Positions 39,863 through 48,486 of a stretch of 64,000 bases of DNA are shown piece after piece; position 1 is the stretch's first letter, and each line of letters starts with the position of its first letter. The position numbers and the translations under genes were made by a program. Below the pieces are notes generated by a model. It made no database searches and was not told the DNA's origin. It saw only the letters and a list, made by a program, of their open reading frames with translations. Source of the stretch: a bacterium. Lineage in GTDB: Bacteria; Lernaellota; Lernaellaia; Lernaellales; Lernaellaceae. The stretch lies in the NCBI GenBank assembly GCA_036725605.1, contig DAIMDW010000001.1, forward strand, positions 545,045 through 609,044. Direction: 5' to 3'.

Positions 39863-41110
39863 TTACCAGGTGGCGGTGACCCTATTGCCGTAGTGGTCCG
39901 ACAGCCGCGACTCCACCTCGTCATCGTCCACCGTCAGCATGATCGGCTCGGTAAAAACACGCTCCGCCGCGAAATCCGGCGTACCGAATCCGCCGAAGAA
40001 CAGGTGGTCGATGATCGTATCGTTCGTGTCCTCGTCGTTGAGCGGATTTTCCGAACAGTATGTGCACAGATCCGGATGCTGCGCCACGTACGGATCGGTC
40101 ATCCCGGCGGCGATCAACGCGGCGTAGTTGGCCGGAAATTCATCCGGATCGCCCCCGACGCCCGGTCCGTTGTTGAAATCGCCCATCAACACCACCGGCT
40201 CGCCGTCCGACGTATCCTCGACCCAATCCAGCAACGCGTCGATCTGCGCCGCCTGTTCGGCCTCATAGGACGGATAATCGCCGTTGTAAGGCAAAATACT
40301 GATCGCCGCGGTCAGGTGCGTGCAATACAAATGAACCGGCCCGGATTCAGTCTGCACCTTGGCGTGCAGCGCCACGCGCACGGTGAGGAAGAAATCGAGT
40401 TGCAGCATTTCGGTGTCGGTCAGTTCCAGATTCGACGCCAGAATCAATCCGTTGGACCCGGTGTACGACAACGGCGGCGGATTCGGATTGGTGCAGTAAT
40501 CGACCATGTCGTCGAAGGGCTGGTCGATCTGGCTGGCCAGACACTCGATGCAGTCGAAGCCGGTCAAGATCAGCGGCAACAGGCAATTGTCGATCACGCA
40601 ATCCAGGAGACCCTCGACCTCGTTGACGTCGCAATTGGTTTCCGCACAGGAAATCAGGTTGTCCAGATCGCCGCAGCGCGCTTCGCTTTCCGGCGGCTGG
40701 TCGGCGAAATCCTCGATGCTGTTGTGCTTGTAAATGTACGGCAGCACGTCGGCCAGCGCGTCAACCATGCCGTCACGATCGTCCTCGTACCAGACCTCCT
40801 GCAGGCACAGCGCGTCGACGTCAAGTTCCGGCACCGCCTCGTAAAGCTCGGGCAGGCGCTCCTCGGCCAGCGGCACGAAACCGTAGGCCAGCCCCGCGTT
40901 GTAAGTGGCGAAGGACATCGTTGTGCTCGTCGGCGTCGTATCGTCATCGTCGTCGTCGATGTCGTCGTCGGCCGTGTCATCGTCGGTGGTATCGTCATCG
41001 ACCGGCGTGCCGTCGTCGTTGTCGTCATCGTCATCGTCGCCGCAGGCGAGCGGCATCATTGCCATTATAATAACTAAAATTAACAGAACAAAACCATGGT
41101 TAGTTTTCAT
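39863..41110 (-). CDS. Endonuclease/exonuclease/phosphatase (EEP) family lipoprotein with N-terminal D/T-rich acidic linker
   Basis: GGAGGAGG RBS upstream. Signal peptide with LAC lipobox followed by GDDDDDDNDDGTPVDDDTTDDDTADDDIDDDDDD. EEP motifs: LCLQEVW (N-terminal Mg-binding Glu), GDFNNGP, and C-terminal SDHYGN. Confidence 0.65.
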   Translation of the reverse strand: MKTNHGFVLLILVIIMAMMPLACGDDDDDDNDDGTPVDDDTTDDDTADDDIDDDDDDTTPTSTTMSFATYNAGLAYGFVPLAEERLPELYEAVPELDVDALCLQEVWYEDDRDGMVDALADVLPYIYKHNSIEDFADQPPESEARCGDLDNLISCAETNCDVNEVEGLLDCVIDNCLLPLILTGFDCIECLASQIDQPFDDMVDYCTNPNPPPLSYTGSNGLILASNLELTDTEMLQLDFFLTVRVALHAKVQTESGPVHLYCTHLTAAISILPYNGDYPSYEAEQAAQIDALLDWVEDTSDGEPVVLMGDFNNGPGVGGDPDEFPANYAALIAAGMTDPYVAQHPDLCTYCSENPLNDEDTNDTIIDHLFFGGFGTPDFAAERVFTEPIMLTVDDDEVESRLSDHYGNRVTATW

Positions 41111-41276
41111 GACCTCCTCCCATTTTTTATGTTCTTCGGATTCCTGCCCCTTTACTCTCCGACAAATCACGGCGCTTGGCAACTGGGCAAGCGAAAACGA
41201 GCTGTCCGATTCCTGTTGAAATTGAACCAGTTATGCATTAAAAATGCGCGAAACCGATCACCCGTGGAAGGGAAAA

Positions 41277-42581
41277 ATGGCGAGCGTACACACCACCGAA
41301 CGAGACTACTACATCGATTTCGCCAAGGGCATCGCGGTGTTCATCATGGCCTGGGGCCACACCATGTATTACACGCAGTGGCTGCCCCATAACACCGTCG
41401 AATACGCCTTTCTATGGGCTTTTTCCGAACTGAGCATGCCGATCTTCGTCCTGGCCTCGGGGATGAACGTGGTCAGCCAGGTCAAGCGGATGAAGGCCGA
41501 TTCGTCGTGGCGGCCCACCCTGGCCTTCCTCGGCTCGATCGCCTGGCTGTTTATGCTCGGTTTCATTTACAACATCAACCGGCGCAGCCTGGGCCTGATG
41601 GACCTGTTCCACATGGTGGCCATGGGCACCGCGCTGGCGTTCATCGTGTCGCGTCGCGAGTGGCCGACCTGGTCGATCATCGGCCTTTCGGCGGGCATCT
41701 TCGGCGTTTCGGCCGTACTGAGCCTCGACGCCATTCCGATCAGCACGGAAATTCTGAAAAACTTCGACTACACGCGTTTCCTCAAACGGCCGAGCGATCC
41801 GTTTATCGCGCAGGCGGTGACCAACATCACCATGGGCGAATTGAAAAAGAAGGCGGTGCTCGAATTTCCCTTGTGGCGGCGTATCTTGCACATCCACTTC
41901 GCGCTGATTCCCTGGGCGGGATTTTTCCTGACGGGCGTGGTGCTCAAGCGCCTGCGCAACACCATGTGGGAATGGGTGCTGGTCGGCGTTTCCCTCGCTC
42001 TGTTCGTGGTAACGTTCCTCACGCTGCCCACCTTCGTGCCCGTCGACGATTTCGGCTTCTACCAGCGCAGCCGCGCCGATTACATCGCGCGTTTGCTGTT
42101 CACCGGCGTGCTGGCGATGGTCTTGCTGTCACGTTACTACCACCGGGCCAAAGGGGCTTTCGCCAAAGCGGCGGAACTGGCCGGGCGCGAATCGTTCATC
42201 TTTTTCGTCTGCCACTGGGGCGTGATCTGGATCTCCGCCAGCTTCTCGAACATCTTCTTGCACAACTTCAATTACTGGAAGGTCTGGGTGATCCAGATTC
42301 CGCTGAACCTGTTCCTGTCGTATAAATTTACGCAACTCATGGCCTGGTGGCGCGACAAGACGATCATCAATCCGGGCTATGCGAAAACCTGGCTGAGCAT
42401 CCTGATCATCTGCGCCCTGATCGCCGTGCGGGCCGACGCGCGCGGCAACATCTTTTTACTTAAAGTATTCAGCTTCCCCGCTTCGGTCGCCGTGGCGATG
42501 GTCTGGCCGGTCGGCCGCAACTTCATTCGCGGCCTGGTCTATCGTCGGCAGATCAACGCCGCTAAAAAGGCCGCCGAATAA
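41277..42581 (+). CDS. Polytopic membrane protein, putative acyltransferase-3/DUF1624-like, paralog A
   Basis: At least 10 TM helices, N-terminal ERDYYIDFAKGIAVFIMAWGH. Tandem duplicate of the next gene. Confidence 0.45.
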   Translation: MASVHTTERDYYIDFAKGIAVFIMAWGHTMYYTQWLPHNTVEYAFLWAFSELSMPIFVLASGMNVVSQVKRMKADSSWRPTLAFLGSIAWLFMLGFIYNINRRSLGLMDLFHMVAMGTALAFIVSRREWPTWSIIGLSAGIFGVSAVLSLDAIPISTEILKNFDYTRFLKRPSDPFIAQAVTNITMGELKKKAVLEFPLWRRILHIHFALIPWAGFFLTGVVLKRLRNTMWEWVLVGVSLALFVVTFLTLPTFVPVDDFGFYQRSRADYIARLLFTGVLAMVLLSRYYHRAKGAFAKAAELAGRESFIFFVCHWGVIWISASFSNIFLHNFNYWKVWVIQIPLNLFLSYKFTQLMAWWRDKTIINPGYAKTWLSILIICALIAVRADARGNIFLLKVFSFPASVAVAMVWPVGRNFIRGLVYRRQINAAKKAAE

Positions 42582-42672
42582 CCTGAAGTGTATCCAGCCC
42601 GCTTGTAAGTGATTGCATTAGTGATCCTTTTTGTGTAATCCTTCCCGAAATTTCTATGAGATGGAAGGATTC

Positions 42673-44001
42673 ATGGCTGCCGTTCACACTACCCAACGCG
42701 ACTACTATATCGACTACGCCAAGGGCGTCGCGGTTTTCTTCATGGCCTGGGGCCATACGATGTACTTCACGCAGTGGCTGCCGCATCAGACGCTCCATTA
42801 CGCCTTGCTCTGGGCGCTCACCGAATTGAGCATGCCGATCTTCGTGCTGGCCTCGGGCATCAACGTGGTCAACCAGGTCGAGCGGATGAAAAGCGACACC
42901 TCCGCCCGCCCCACCATCGCTTTTCTGGGGTCGATCGCCTGGCTCTTCCTGCTCGGCTTCGTCTACTGCATCAACCGGCGCAGCCTGGGCCTGATGGACC
43001 TGTTCCACACCGTCGCCATGGGCACCGCGCTGGCGTATATCGTCACGCGCCGCCAGTGGCCGACCTGGGCGATCGCCGCCGTGGCCTTCGGCATTTTCAG
43101 CGTGGGCGCGGTGTTGAGCGTCGACGCCATCCCGGTCAGCAGCGATCTGCTGAGGAACTTCGACTTCTCGGGCTTCCGGAATCGCCCGCAGAATCCGTTC
43201 TTCGCCGACGCGGTGACCTACCTCACCATCGGCGAGATCAAACGCCGGGCGGTGCTCGAATACCCGCTGTGGCGGCGTATTCTGCACGTTCACTTCGCGT
43301 TGATTCCCTGGTCGGGCTACTTCCTGCTGGGCGTGTTGCTCAAGCGCATCGAGCGCACCAAGTGGGAATACGTGCTGCTGGGCGGCACCTTCTTTTTGTT
43401 CGCCCTGACCTTCTTCGCCTTTCCGCGTTTCGTGCCGCTCGACGATTTCGGTTTCTTCCTGCGCAGCAAGCCCGATTACACCGCCCGGCACATTTTCACC
43501 GGCCCGCTGATGATGATTCTGCTGGCGCGCTATTACAAACAGGGCGTCTCCAAGCTGGCCGTGGCGGCGGAGCTGGCCGGCAAGGAATCGTTTCTTTTCT
43601 TCGTCTGTCACTGGCTGGTCATCTGGAGTTCGGCGACGATCTCCAATATCTTCCTGCACAACATCAGCTATTGGTACGTGTGGGCGGTGCAGATTCCGCT
43701 GAACATTTACCTTGCTTACAAACTCACTCAGCTCATGGCGCTCTGGCGCGACCGTACGATCAACAAGCGCTATTACATTCCAATGTGGTTCGGCATCATG
43801 TTCATCGGCGGATTCCTGGCTTTGCGGGCCGACGCACACGGCAACATCTTCCTGATGAAGGTGTTGAGCTTCCCCGCGTCGATCGCCGTGGCGATGGTCT
43901 GGCCGATCGGACGCAATTTCATTCGCGCCCTGGTCTATCGCAAGCAGATTGCCGCGATGAAAAAAGCGGCCAAAGCGAAAAAGGCGGCCGAAGCCGCCTG
44001 A
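42673..44001 (+). CDS. Polytopic membrane protein, putative acyltransferase-3/DUF1624-like, paralog B
   Basis: About 60% identical to paralog A over the full length (QRDYYIDYAKGVAVFFMAWGH...). Confidence 0.45.
   Translation: MAAVHTTQRDYYIDYAKGVAVFFMAWGHTMYFTQWLPHQTLHYALLWALTELSMPIFVLASGINVVNQVERMKSDTSARPTIAFLGSIAWLFLLGFVYCINRRSLGLMDLFHTVAMGTALAYIVTRRQWPTWAIAAVAFGIFSVGAVLSVDAIPVSSDLLRNFDFSGFRNRPQNPFFADAVTYLTIGEIKRRAVLEYPLWRRILHVHFALIPWSGYFLLGVLLKRIERTKWEYVLLGGTFFLFALTFFAFPRFVPLDDFGFFLRSKPDYTARHIFTGPLMMILLARYYKQGVSKLAVAAELAGKESFLFFVCHWLVIWSSATISNIFLHNISYWYVWAVQIPLNIYLAYKLTQLMALWRDRTINKRYYIPMWFGIMFIGGFLALRADAHGNIFLMKVLSFPASIAVAMVWPIGRNFIRALVYRKQIAAMKKAAKAKKAAEAA
43977..44001 (+). repeat. Direct repeat copy 1 (GAAAAAGGCGGCCGAAGCCGCCTGA), comprising the last 8 codons plus stop of paralog B
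   Basis: Exact 25-nt identity with 44194..44218. Contains a GGCGGC-cgaa-GCCGCC hairpin. Confidence 0.8.
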
Positions 44002-44056
44002 TGGACCGGGCACAACCAAAATGATTGTCCCTTTTCCGGATGTTGTATCCGCGATT

Positions 44057-44155
44057 CGGTGGCACTGATACGCCGAACGCAGTGAGGCTTATCAGTGCCT
44101 GCCATGAACACTGATAAACTCGTTCGCCTTGCTCGCTCGTGTATCAGTGCCACCG
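44057..44155. repeat. About 100-nt nested inverted-repeat element (candidate MITE core or structured sRNA)
   Basis: Three inverted-repeat pairs form one long interrupted stem: GGTGGCACTGATAC/GTATCAGTGCCACC, CCGAACG/CGTTCG, and GCTTATCAGTG/CACTGATAAAC. Confidence 0.45.
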
Positions 44156-44193
44156 CGTCTTGGTCAGGCTGTTTCGAGGAAACAACCAAAAAT

Positions 44194-44218
44194 GAAAAAG
44201 GCGGCCGAAGCCGCCTGA
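44194..44218 (+). repeat. Direct repeat copy 2 (GAAAAAGGCGGCCGAAGCCGCCTGA)
   Basis: Exact duplicate of 43977..44001. On the minus strand it reads TCAGGCGGCttcgGCCGCCTTTTTC, a canonical terminator placed 4 nt after the stop of the ArfB-like gene. Confidence 0.8.
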
Positions 44219-44222
44219 TTCA

Positions 44223-44576
44223 TCACCAAGCGCCGTCCGCCGGCTCGCGACGGACGGCTTTCTTGGCCGCTTGTTTTTTCTTCTCCTCCAACCGCTTTTC
44301 CTTGGCGGCGCGCGACGGCTTGGTCGGCTTGCGCTCGACCGGCACGAAGTTCAACTCTTCGAGCTTCGCCGCCAGGCGCTCGTACGCCACGTCCAGGTTG
44401 CGTGCCTGGCTGCGGCGTTCGACGGCCGTCACGATCACGCCGGACGGCAGATGGCGCAGCCGCACGGCCGTTTCCCGCTTGTTGCGATGCTGACCGCCCG
44501 GGCCGGTCGCCTTGAAAAACTCCACCTCGACTTCGCGTTCCAGCGTTTCACGGTCGGTGGCAAAGGGTTCGTTCAT
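44223..44576 (-). CDS. Peptidyl-tRNA hydrolase ArfB-like (RF-1 domain, GGQ motif) protein
   Basis: ATGPGGQHRNKRETAVRLRH GGQ loop and a basic C-terminal tail (KPTKPSRAAKEKRLEEKKKQAAKKA). Its ATG overlaps the stop of the upstream gene (TAATG). Confidence 0.65.
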   Translation of the reverse strand: MNEPFATDRETLEREVEVEFFKATGPGGQHRNKRETAVRLRHLPSGVIVTAVERRSQARNLDVAYERLAAKLEELNFVPVERKPTKPSRAAKEKRLEEKKKQAAKKAVRREPADGAW

Positions 44577-46711
44577 TATTTCGTTTCGCCATCCCAAGCG
44601 AAGACGAAGTCCAGTTCGGTATCGCCTTCGATCAAAATGTTGTTGCAATACTCCAGGTGGTCGTCGACGTTGATCATGGCCAGGTTCATCGAGCCTTCGT
44701 TCACCGGCAGACTGTAATAGCCCGTTGCATCCCAAATGATCGAAGTGATGAACATGAACGGTTCGCTTTGGTCGGAACTGGTGATGTGTTCCAGCGTGTT
44801 GGTTCCCATGATCGTCGTCGGCACCGCCGGGGTCACGCCGTCGCTCATGAAAATGTTGCCGGTCAGATGATGCATCGTCAGATTGAAATTCTGCGTCTGT
44901 TTGTCTTCGCTAAGGGTGATTTCGGCGAACTCCTCGTCCTCGATAAAGAAGTAGGTGTCAAAGCCGATGATGGCGTCCATCGACATGGTCAGCGTGTAGC
45001 TGCCCGGCAAGGCGGTGACCGAATAGCTGCCGTCCGAGTCCATTTCGCCGTAATACTCGATGCCGTACTGATCGACCAGATAAAGGTCGCCGAACACGAA
45101 CAGCGAACTGAAGAACAACAGCGGCGTCGTGTCGTTGATCGTGATCGTGCCTTCCAGCGTGGCCGTGGTGCCCACGAACTGGTAATCATGCGTCAGGGTC
45201 TCGCTCACGACAACGCCCGCTTCGCGTTCGCGAACCAGGTCTTCCTCGTAATACGGATTGTAGTACAGGTCATACGTGCCCGCCGGCAGCATCAAGTTAT
45301 AGACGCCGGTCTCGTCGGTGTAGTTGTACGCCTCGAAGGTCGCGCCGTCGGCCACCGATACGGCCTTGACCAGCACATCCTCCAGCGTCGCGCCCTCCGG
45401 ATCGGTGATCGTGCCGGTGACTTCGATCAACGGAACCTCGATCAACACATTCTCCTTGGTCGGTGCGGTCACTGTAATCTGCTGCGTGTCGTCGAAATAC
45501 TTGGTGTACTGATACACATTGTAAGAAATGGATCGATAATCGATGACCACATCGTAGGTGCCCGCCGGCAGCACGATGTCCACGAAGCTGTATCCGCCCT
45601 CGAATTCGGCGACATAGAAATCGCTGCCCGCGGTGAAGGTCATCGAGCCGCTGGCGCCCAAGCCCAGATCGTAGTACCAGGACGAGCCGTCGTTGGTCAA
45701 TTTCACCCGCGTTTCATAGCCGGTGACGGGGAACTGGAAGTCGTGATTCATGTGCGTGGTCACGGCCACCGGGTTCTCGCTCGCCTGCGGCAATGACGTG
45801 CTCAACAACGGCGAATAGCGGAACGTATAATTGTCGAAAGCTGGTAAAAAGACCATGTAGGCGTCGGCTTCCATGGTGAATTCGACTTCCAGGGCAAAGG
45901 TCGTCGGATCCTCTTTAACCTCATCGCCGCCGGTGATCAGAATGGTTGTTCCTTCCACCGGATTTTCTTCCGGATCGGTAATCGAACCATCAATTGAATA
46001 CAGTGTCAGGGCGATGTCCTGCGTCACCGTTTCGGCGCCGACCACCAGGTCCTCGACAATGTAGGAGTTGCGGTAGGTCCAGAAGAAGTCCTCGCCGTCG
46101 TAAACCAGAATTTCGATTTCGACGTTGTAGGTGCCCGCCATCACGTACGGTGCGCGATAGGAACCGTCGGTGTCGACGTTGGCCAGGAAGGAATCGCCTT
46201 TGCTTTCGCTCCAGAATTTCAGCATCACATCGGCTTGGTTGTAGGCGGCGAAATACGTCGTGATGGGCGTTTCGTTGACCGTCACCGCGCCGGTGACAAG
46301 CACGCCCTCGGGCTCGTGCAAAGTCGTATCGTCGTCGCCGGTGTCATCGTCGGTCGTATCGTCGTCGGTGGTGTCATCGTCGGTGGTGTCGTCGTCGGTC
46401 GTATCGTCGTCGGTTGTGTCATCGTCGGTGGTGTCATCGTCCGTGGTGTCATCGTCCGTGGTGTCGTCATCGGTCGTGTCATCATCGGTTGTATCATCAT
46501 CCGTTGTATCGTCGTCGGTCGTGTCGTCGTCCGTGGTGTCGTCATCAGTGGTGTCGTCGTCATCGTCGTCGCTCGCGTCGTCGTCGGCGTCATCGTCATC
46601 GGACGGGCAACGCGGACAGTCGTCGTCATCGTCGTCGCAGCCGAAAGCGCCCGCCAACAGCGGAATCAACAACAATGACAAACAAAGCATCAGGTAAACC
46701 GATTTCTTCAT
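44576..46711 (-). CDS. Large lipoprotein with N-terminal (DDDTT)n repeat linker and multiple carboxypeptidase-regulatory/Cna-B-like beta-sandwich domains
   Basis: AAGGAG RBS. Signal peptide ending LAGAFGC, then CDDDDDDCPRCP and about 17 DDDTT units. Downstream are repeated GTYxV/GSYTL strand motifs in roughly 90-aa modules. Confidence 0.55.
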   Translation of the reverse strand: MKKSVYLMLCLSLLLIPLLAGAFGCDDDDDDCPRCPSDDDDADDDASDDDDDDTTDDDTTDDDTTDDDTTDDDTTDDDTTDDDTTDDDTTDDDTTDDDTTDDDTTDDDTTDDDTTDDDTTDDDTGDDDTTLHEPEGVLVTGAVTVNETPITTYFAAYNQADVMLKFWSESKGDSFLANVDTDGSYRAPYVMAGTYNVEIEILVYDGEDFFWTYRNSYIVEDLVVGAETVTQDIALTLYSIDGSITDPEENPVEGTTILITGGDEVKEDPTTFALEVEFTMEADAYMVFLPAFDNYTFRYSPLLSTSLPQASENPVAVTTHMNHDFQFPVTGYETRVKLTNDGSSWYYDLGLGASGSMTFTAGSDFYVAEFEGGYSFVDIVLPAGTYDVVIDYRSISYNVYQYTKYFDDTQQITVTAPTKENVLIEVPLIEVTGTITDPEGATLEDVLVKAVSVADGATFEAYNYTDETGVYNLMLPAGTYDLYYNPYYEEDLVREREAGVVVSETLTHDYQFVGTTATLEGTITINDTTPLLFFSSLFVFGDLYLVDQYGIEYYGEMDSDGSYSVTALPGSYTLTMSMDAIIGFDTYFFIEDEEFAEITLSEDKQTQNFNLTMHHLTGNIFMSDGVTPAVPTTIMGTNTLEHITSSDQSEPFMFITSIIWDATGYYSLPVNEGSMNLAMINVDDHLEYCNNILIEGDTELDFVFAWDGETK
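46325..46575 (-). repeat. 15-nt tandem coding repeat encoding DDDTT, about 17 copies (plus strand shows GGTGGTGTCATCGTC units)
   Basis: Near-perfect periodicity is visible in the sequence. All three plus-strand frames give low-complexity ORFs, which are artefacts. Confidence 0.85.
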
Positions 46712-46763
46712 CTTCCCACTCCTTGCGAAGGTTTCCAAAAAATCTGGTTGGCCGTATTATTAT

Positions 46764-48467
46764 TTATTTATTGATGATAATCAAATCGATGCGCGTGTTT
46801 TTCAATTGCCCGTTCGGCGTGTCGTCGGCCGTGATCGGCACCGTGTCGCCCATCCCTTCGGCGGTCAGACGCGCCGCATCGATTTTTTGGCTCAGCAGAT
46901 AATTGCGCACCGCCTGCGCCCGCGCTTCGCTCAACGCCTGCGCCTCGGTCACCGCCGAGGAAACGTGCCCCTCGATCCGCACGGCCACGGTTGGATATTC
47001 CTGCAGCAATGCCGCCAGATCGGCGAGCATCGTTTTGTCGTAATCGGACAGGTTCGAGCCGCGCGGACCGTCGAAGGTCAGCGCCGCCGGCAGCACGAAC
47101 TGCCCCTCGAACATCATCACGCCGCTCGGCTTGCGCGCCAGCACCACTTCGGGCACGCCGTCGTCGTCGAGGTACCCGTTAAAGGTTTCCGGCTCCAGCG
47201 GCGCGCCGTCGAGGTTATCGGGCACCTGGTCCTCGTCGCTGTCGACGCTCAGCGGATTGGTGCGCAGCTCGCCGACTTCCTGCGCGTCCGAAAGCGTGTC
47301 GCCGTCGCTGTCGATCTGGCGCGGATTGGTGCCGTACAGACGCACTTCGGCCGCGTCCGACAAGCCGTCGCCGTCGCTGTCGGCCTGCGTGGGATCGGTG
47401 CCGTATTGTTTGACCTCGATGCCGTCGGACAAGCCGTCGCCGTCGCTGTCCGGGTTGGCCGGGTCGGTTTTGAACAGCCGCGTTTCGTCGTAGTTGGTCA
47501 GGCCGTCGCGGTCGGAGTCGTCGGTGCGGCTGTCGGCCCCGGCCATGGCCGAAACGGCCTTCGGCTCACGATCGAGTTCCGGCCAGGTGACGCCGATGGC
47601 CGCAAAGCCCCGATACACCGGATTGCCGATGCCCGCGTTGATGCCCATGCCGCCGCCGGCGGTGAAATGCATCGGTCCGGCAAACGCCCGCACGGCGACC
47701 AGCGCCTCGGCGGGGAATTCCGCATCCAGATTTTCCACCTGGTAATCGACCGTGCGCCCGTAAATCTCGGCCAGAATATCCAGGTGCTTGTGCGCCATGA
47801 TGCTCACGCCCGCACCGACCTCCGCCCGGCCGGACGGATCGAAGCCGCTTTCGTCGTCGCCCCGGTTTCCCATATACAGATAACCGCCATTAACGACGAT
47901 GTTCACGCGCTCGAACCGCTTGTCCACCGCCAGGCGCACGCCCGCGTTGGTCGCCTCCGTGCCGAAGTAATGATCCGGATCACCGCTGGGAAATTCGCCC
48001 AGGCCGATCAGCGCGATGCCGATCGAACCGGGCCGGTTTCGCAACAAACGGAACTTCATCGCGCCGCGCAGATCGCCCAGGCCCGCGCCGCTTTCATCGC
48101 CCGTGTCGGGGAAATCCAGGCCCGTGTCGATGTCCATGTCCTTGCCGGAAACCGAGTTGTAGCTGCCGGCGAAACCGAACTCGGCGAAATTGAACAGACC
48201 GATCGAGCCGCGCAATTCGGCGGTCAGCATCTGCTCGACGATCTTGAATTCCTCGTCGTTGCCGGCGAACTCGATGGTAAACGGATCCTGGGCGAAGTTG
48301 GCCGTCGTCGCGAAGCCGAATTGTCCGAAGGCCGGCACGTTGGAAGAATACAACGTCACCAGGTTGTCCACGCCGATCGCCGGCTGAAAGTTTTGCACGT
48401 CGATCGCCCAGGCGGCCGAACCGCCCGCTATCGTCAACAACGCCAGTATGATGATTAGTTTCTTCAC
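46764..48467 (-). CDS. OmpA-family outer-membrane protein with thrombospondin type-3 (Ca-binding) repeats (GTG start)
   Basis: AAAGGGGA RBS plus GTG. Signal peptide, N-terminal beta-barrel-like region, six D-x-D-x-DG-x-x-D TSP3 repeats (DSDGDGLSDGIE...), and a C-terminal OmpA_C domain (TVAVRIEGHVSS...NRRIDLIII). Confidence 0.75.
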   Translation of the reverse strand: MKKLIIILALLTIAGGSAAWAIDVQNFQPAIGVDNLVTLYSSNVPAFGQFGFATTANFAQDPFTIEFAGNDEEFKIVEQMLTAELRGSIGLFNFAEFGFAGSYNSVSGKDMDIDTGLDFPDTGDESGAGLGDLRGAMKFRLLRNRPGSIGIALIGLGEFPSGDPDHYFGTEATNAGVRLAVDKRFERVNIVVNGGYLYMGNRGDDESGFDPSGRAEVGAGVSIMAHKHLDILAEIYGRTVDYQVENLDAEFPAEALVAVRAFAGPMHFTAGGGMGINAGIGNPVYRGFAAIGVTWPELDREPKAVSAMAGADSRTDDSDRDGLTNYDETRLFKTDPANPDSDGDGLSDGIEVKQYGTDPTQADSDGDGLSDAAEVRLYGTNPRQIDSDGDTLSDAQEVGELRTNPLSVDSDEDQVPDNLDGAPLEPETFNGYLDDDGVPEVVLARKPSGVMMFEGQFVLPAALTFDGPRGSNLSDYDKTMLADLAALLQEYPTVAVRIEGHVSSAVTEAQALSEARAQAVRNYLLSQKIDAARLTAEGMGDTVPITADDTPNGQLKNTRIDLIIINK

Positions 48468-48486
48468 GCCAGTCCCCTTTTCCGGC

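Noticed and set aside
44095-44493. 132-aa plus ORF spanning the hairpin element and the ArfB region
   Set aside because: Antisense to the GGQ-motif gene, with no RBS. The hairpin element is better explained as non-coding.
46235-46697. Plus-strand ORFs encoding VVSSS or IVVGG repeats
   Set aside because: Other-frame and antisense readings of the DDDTT coding repeat.
46806-48458. 550-aa plus ORF
   Set aside because: Antisense to the OmpA-family gene.
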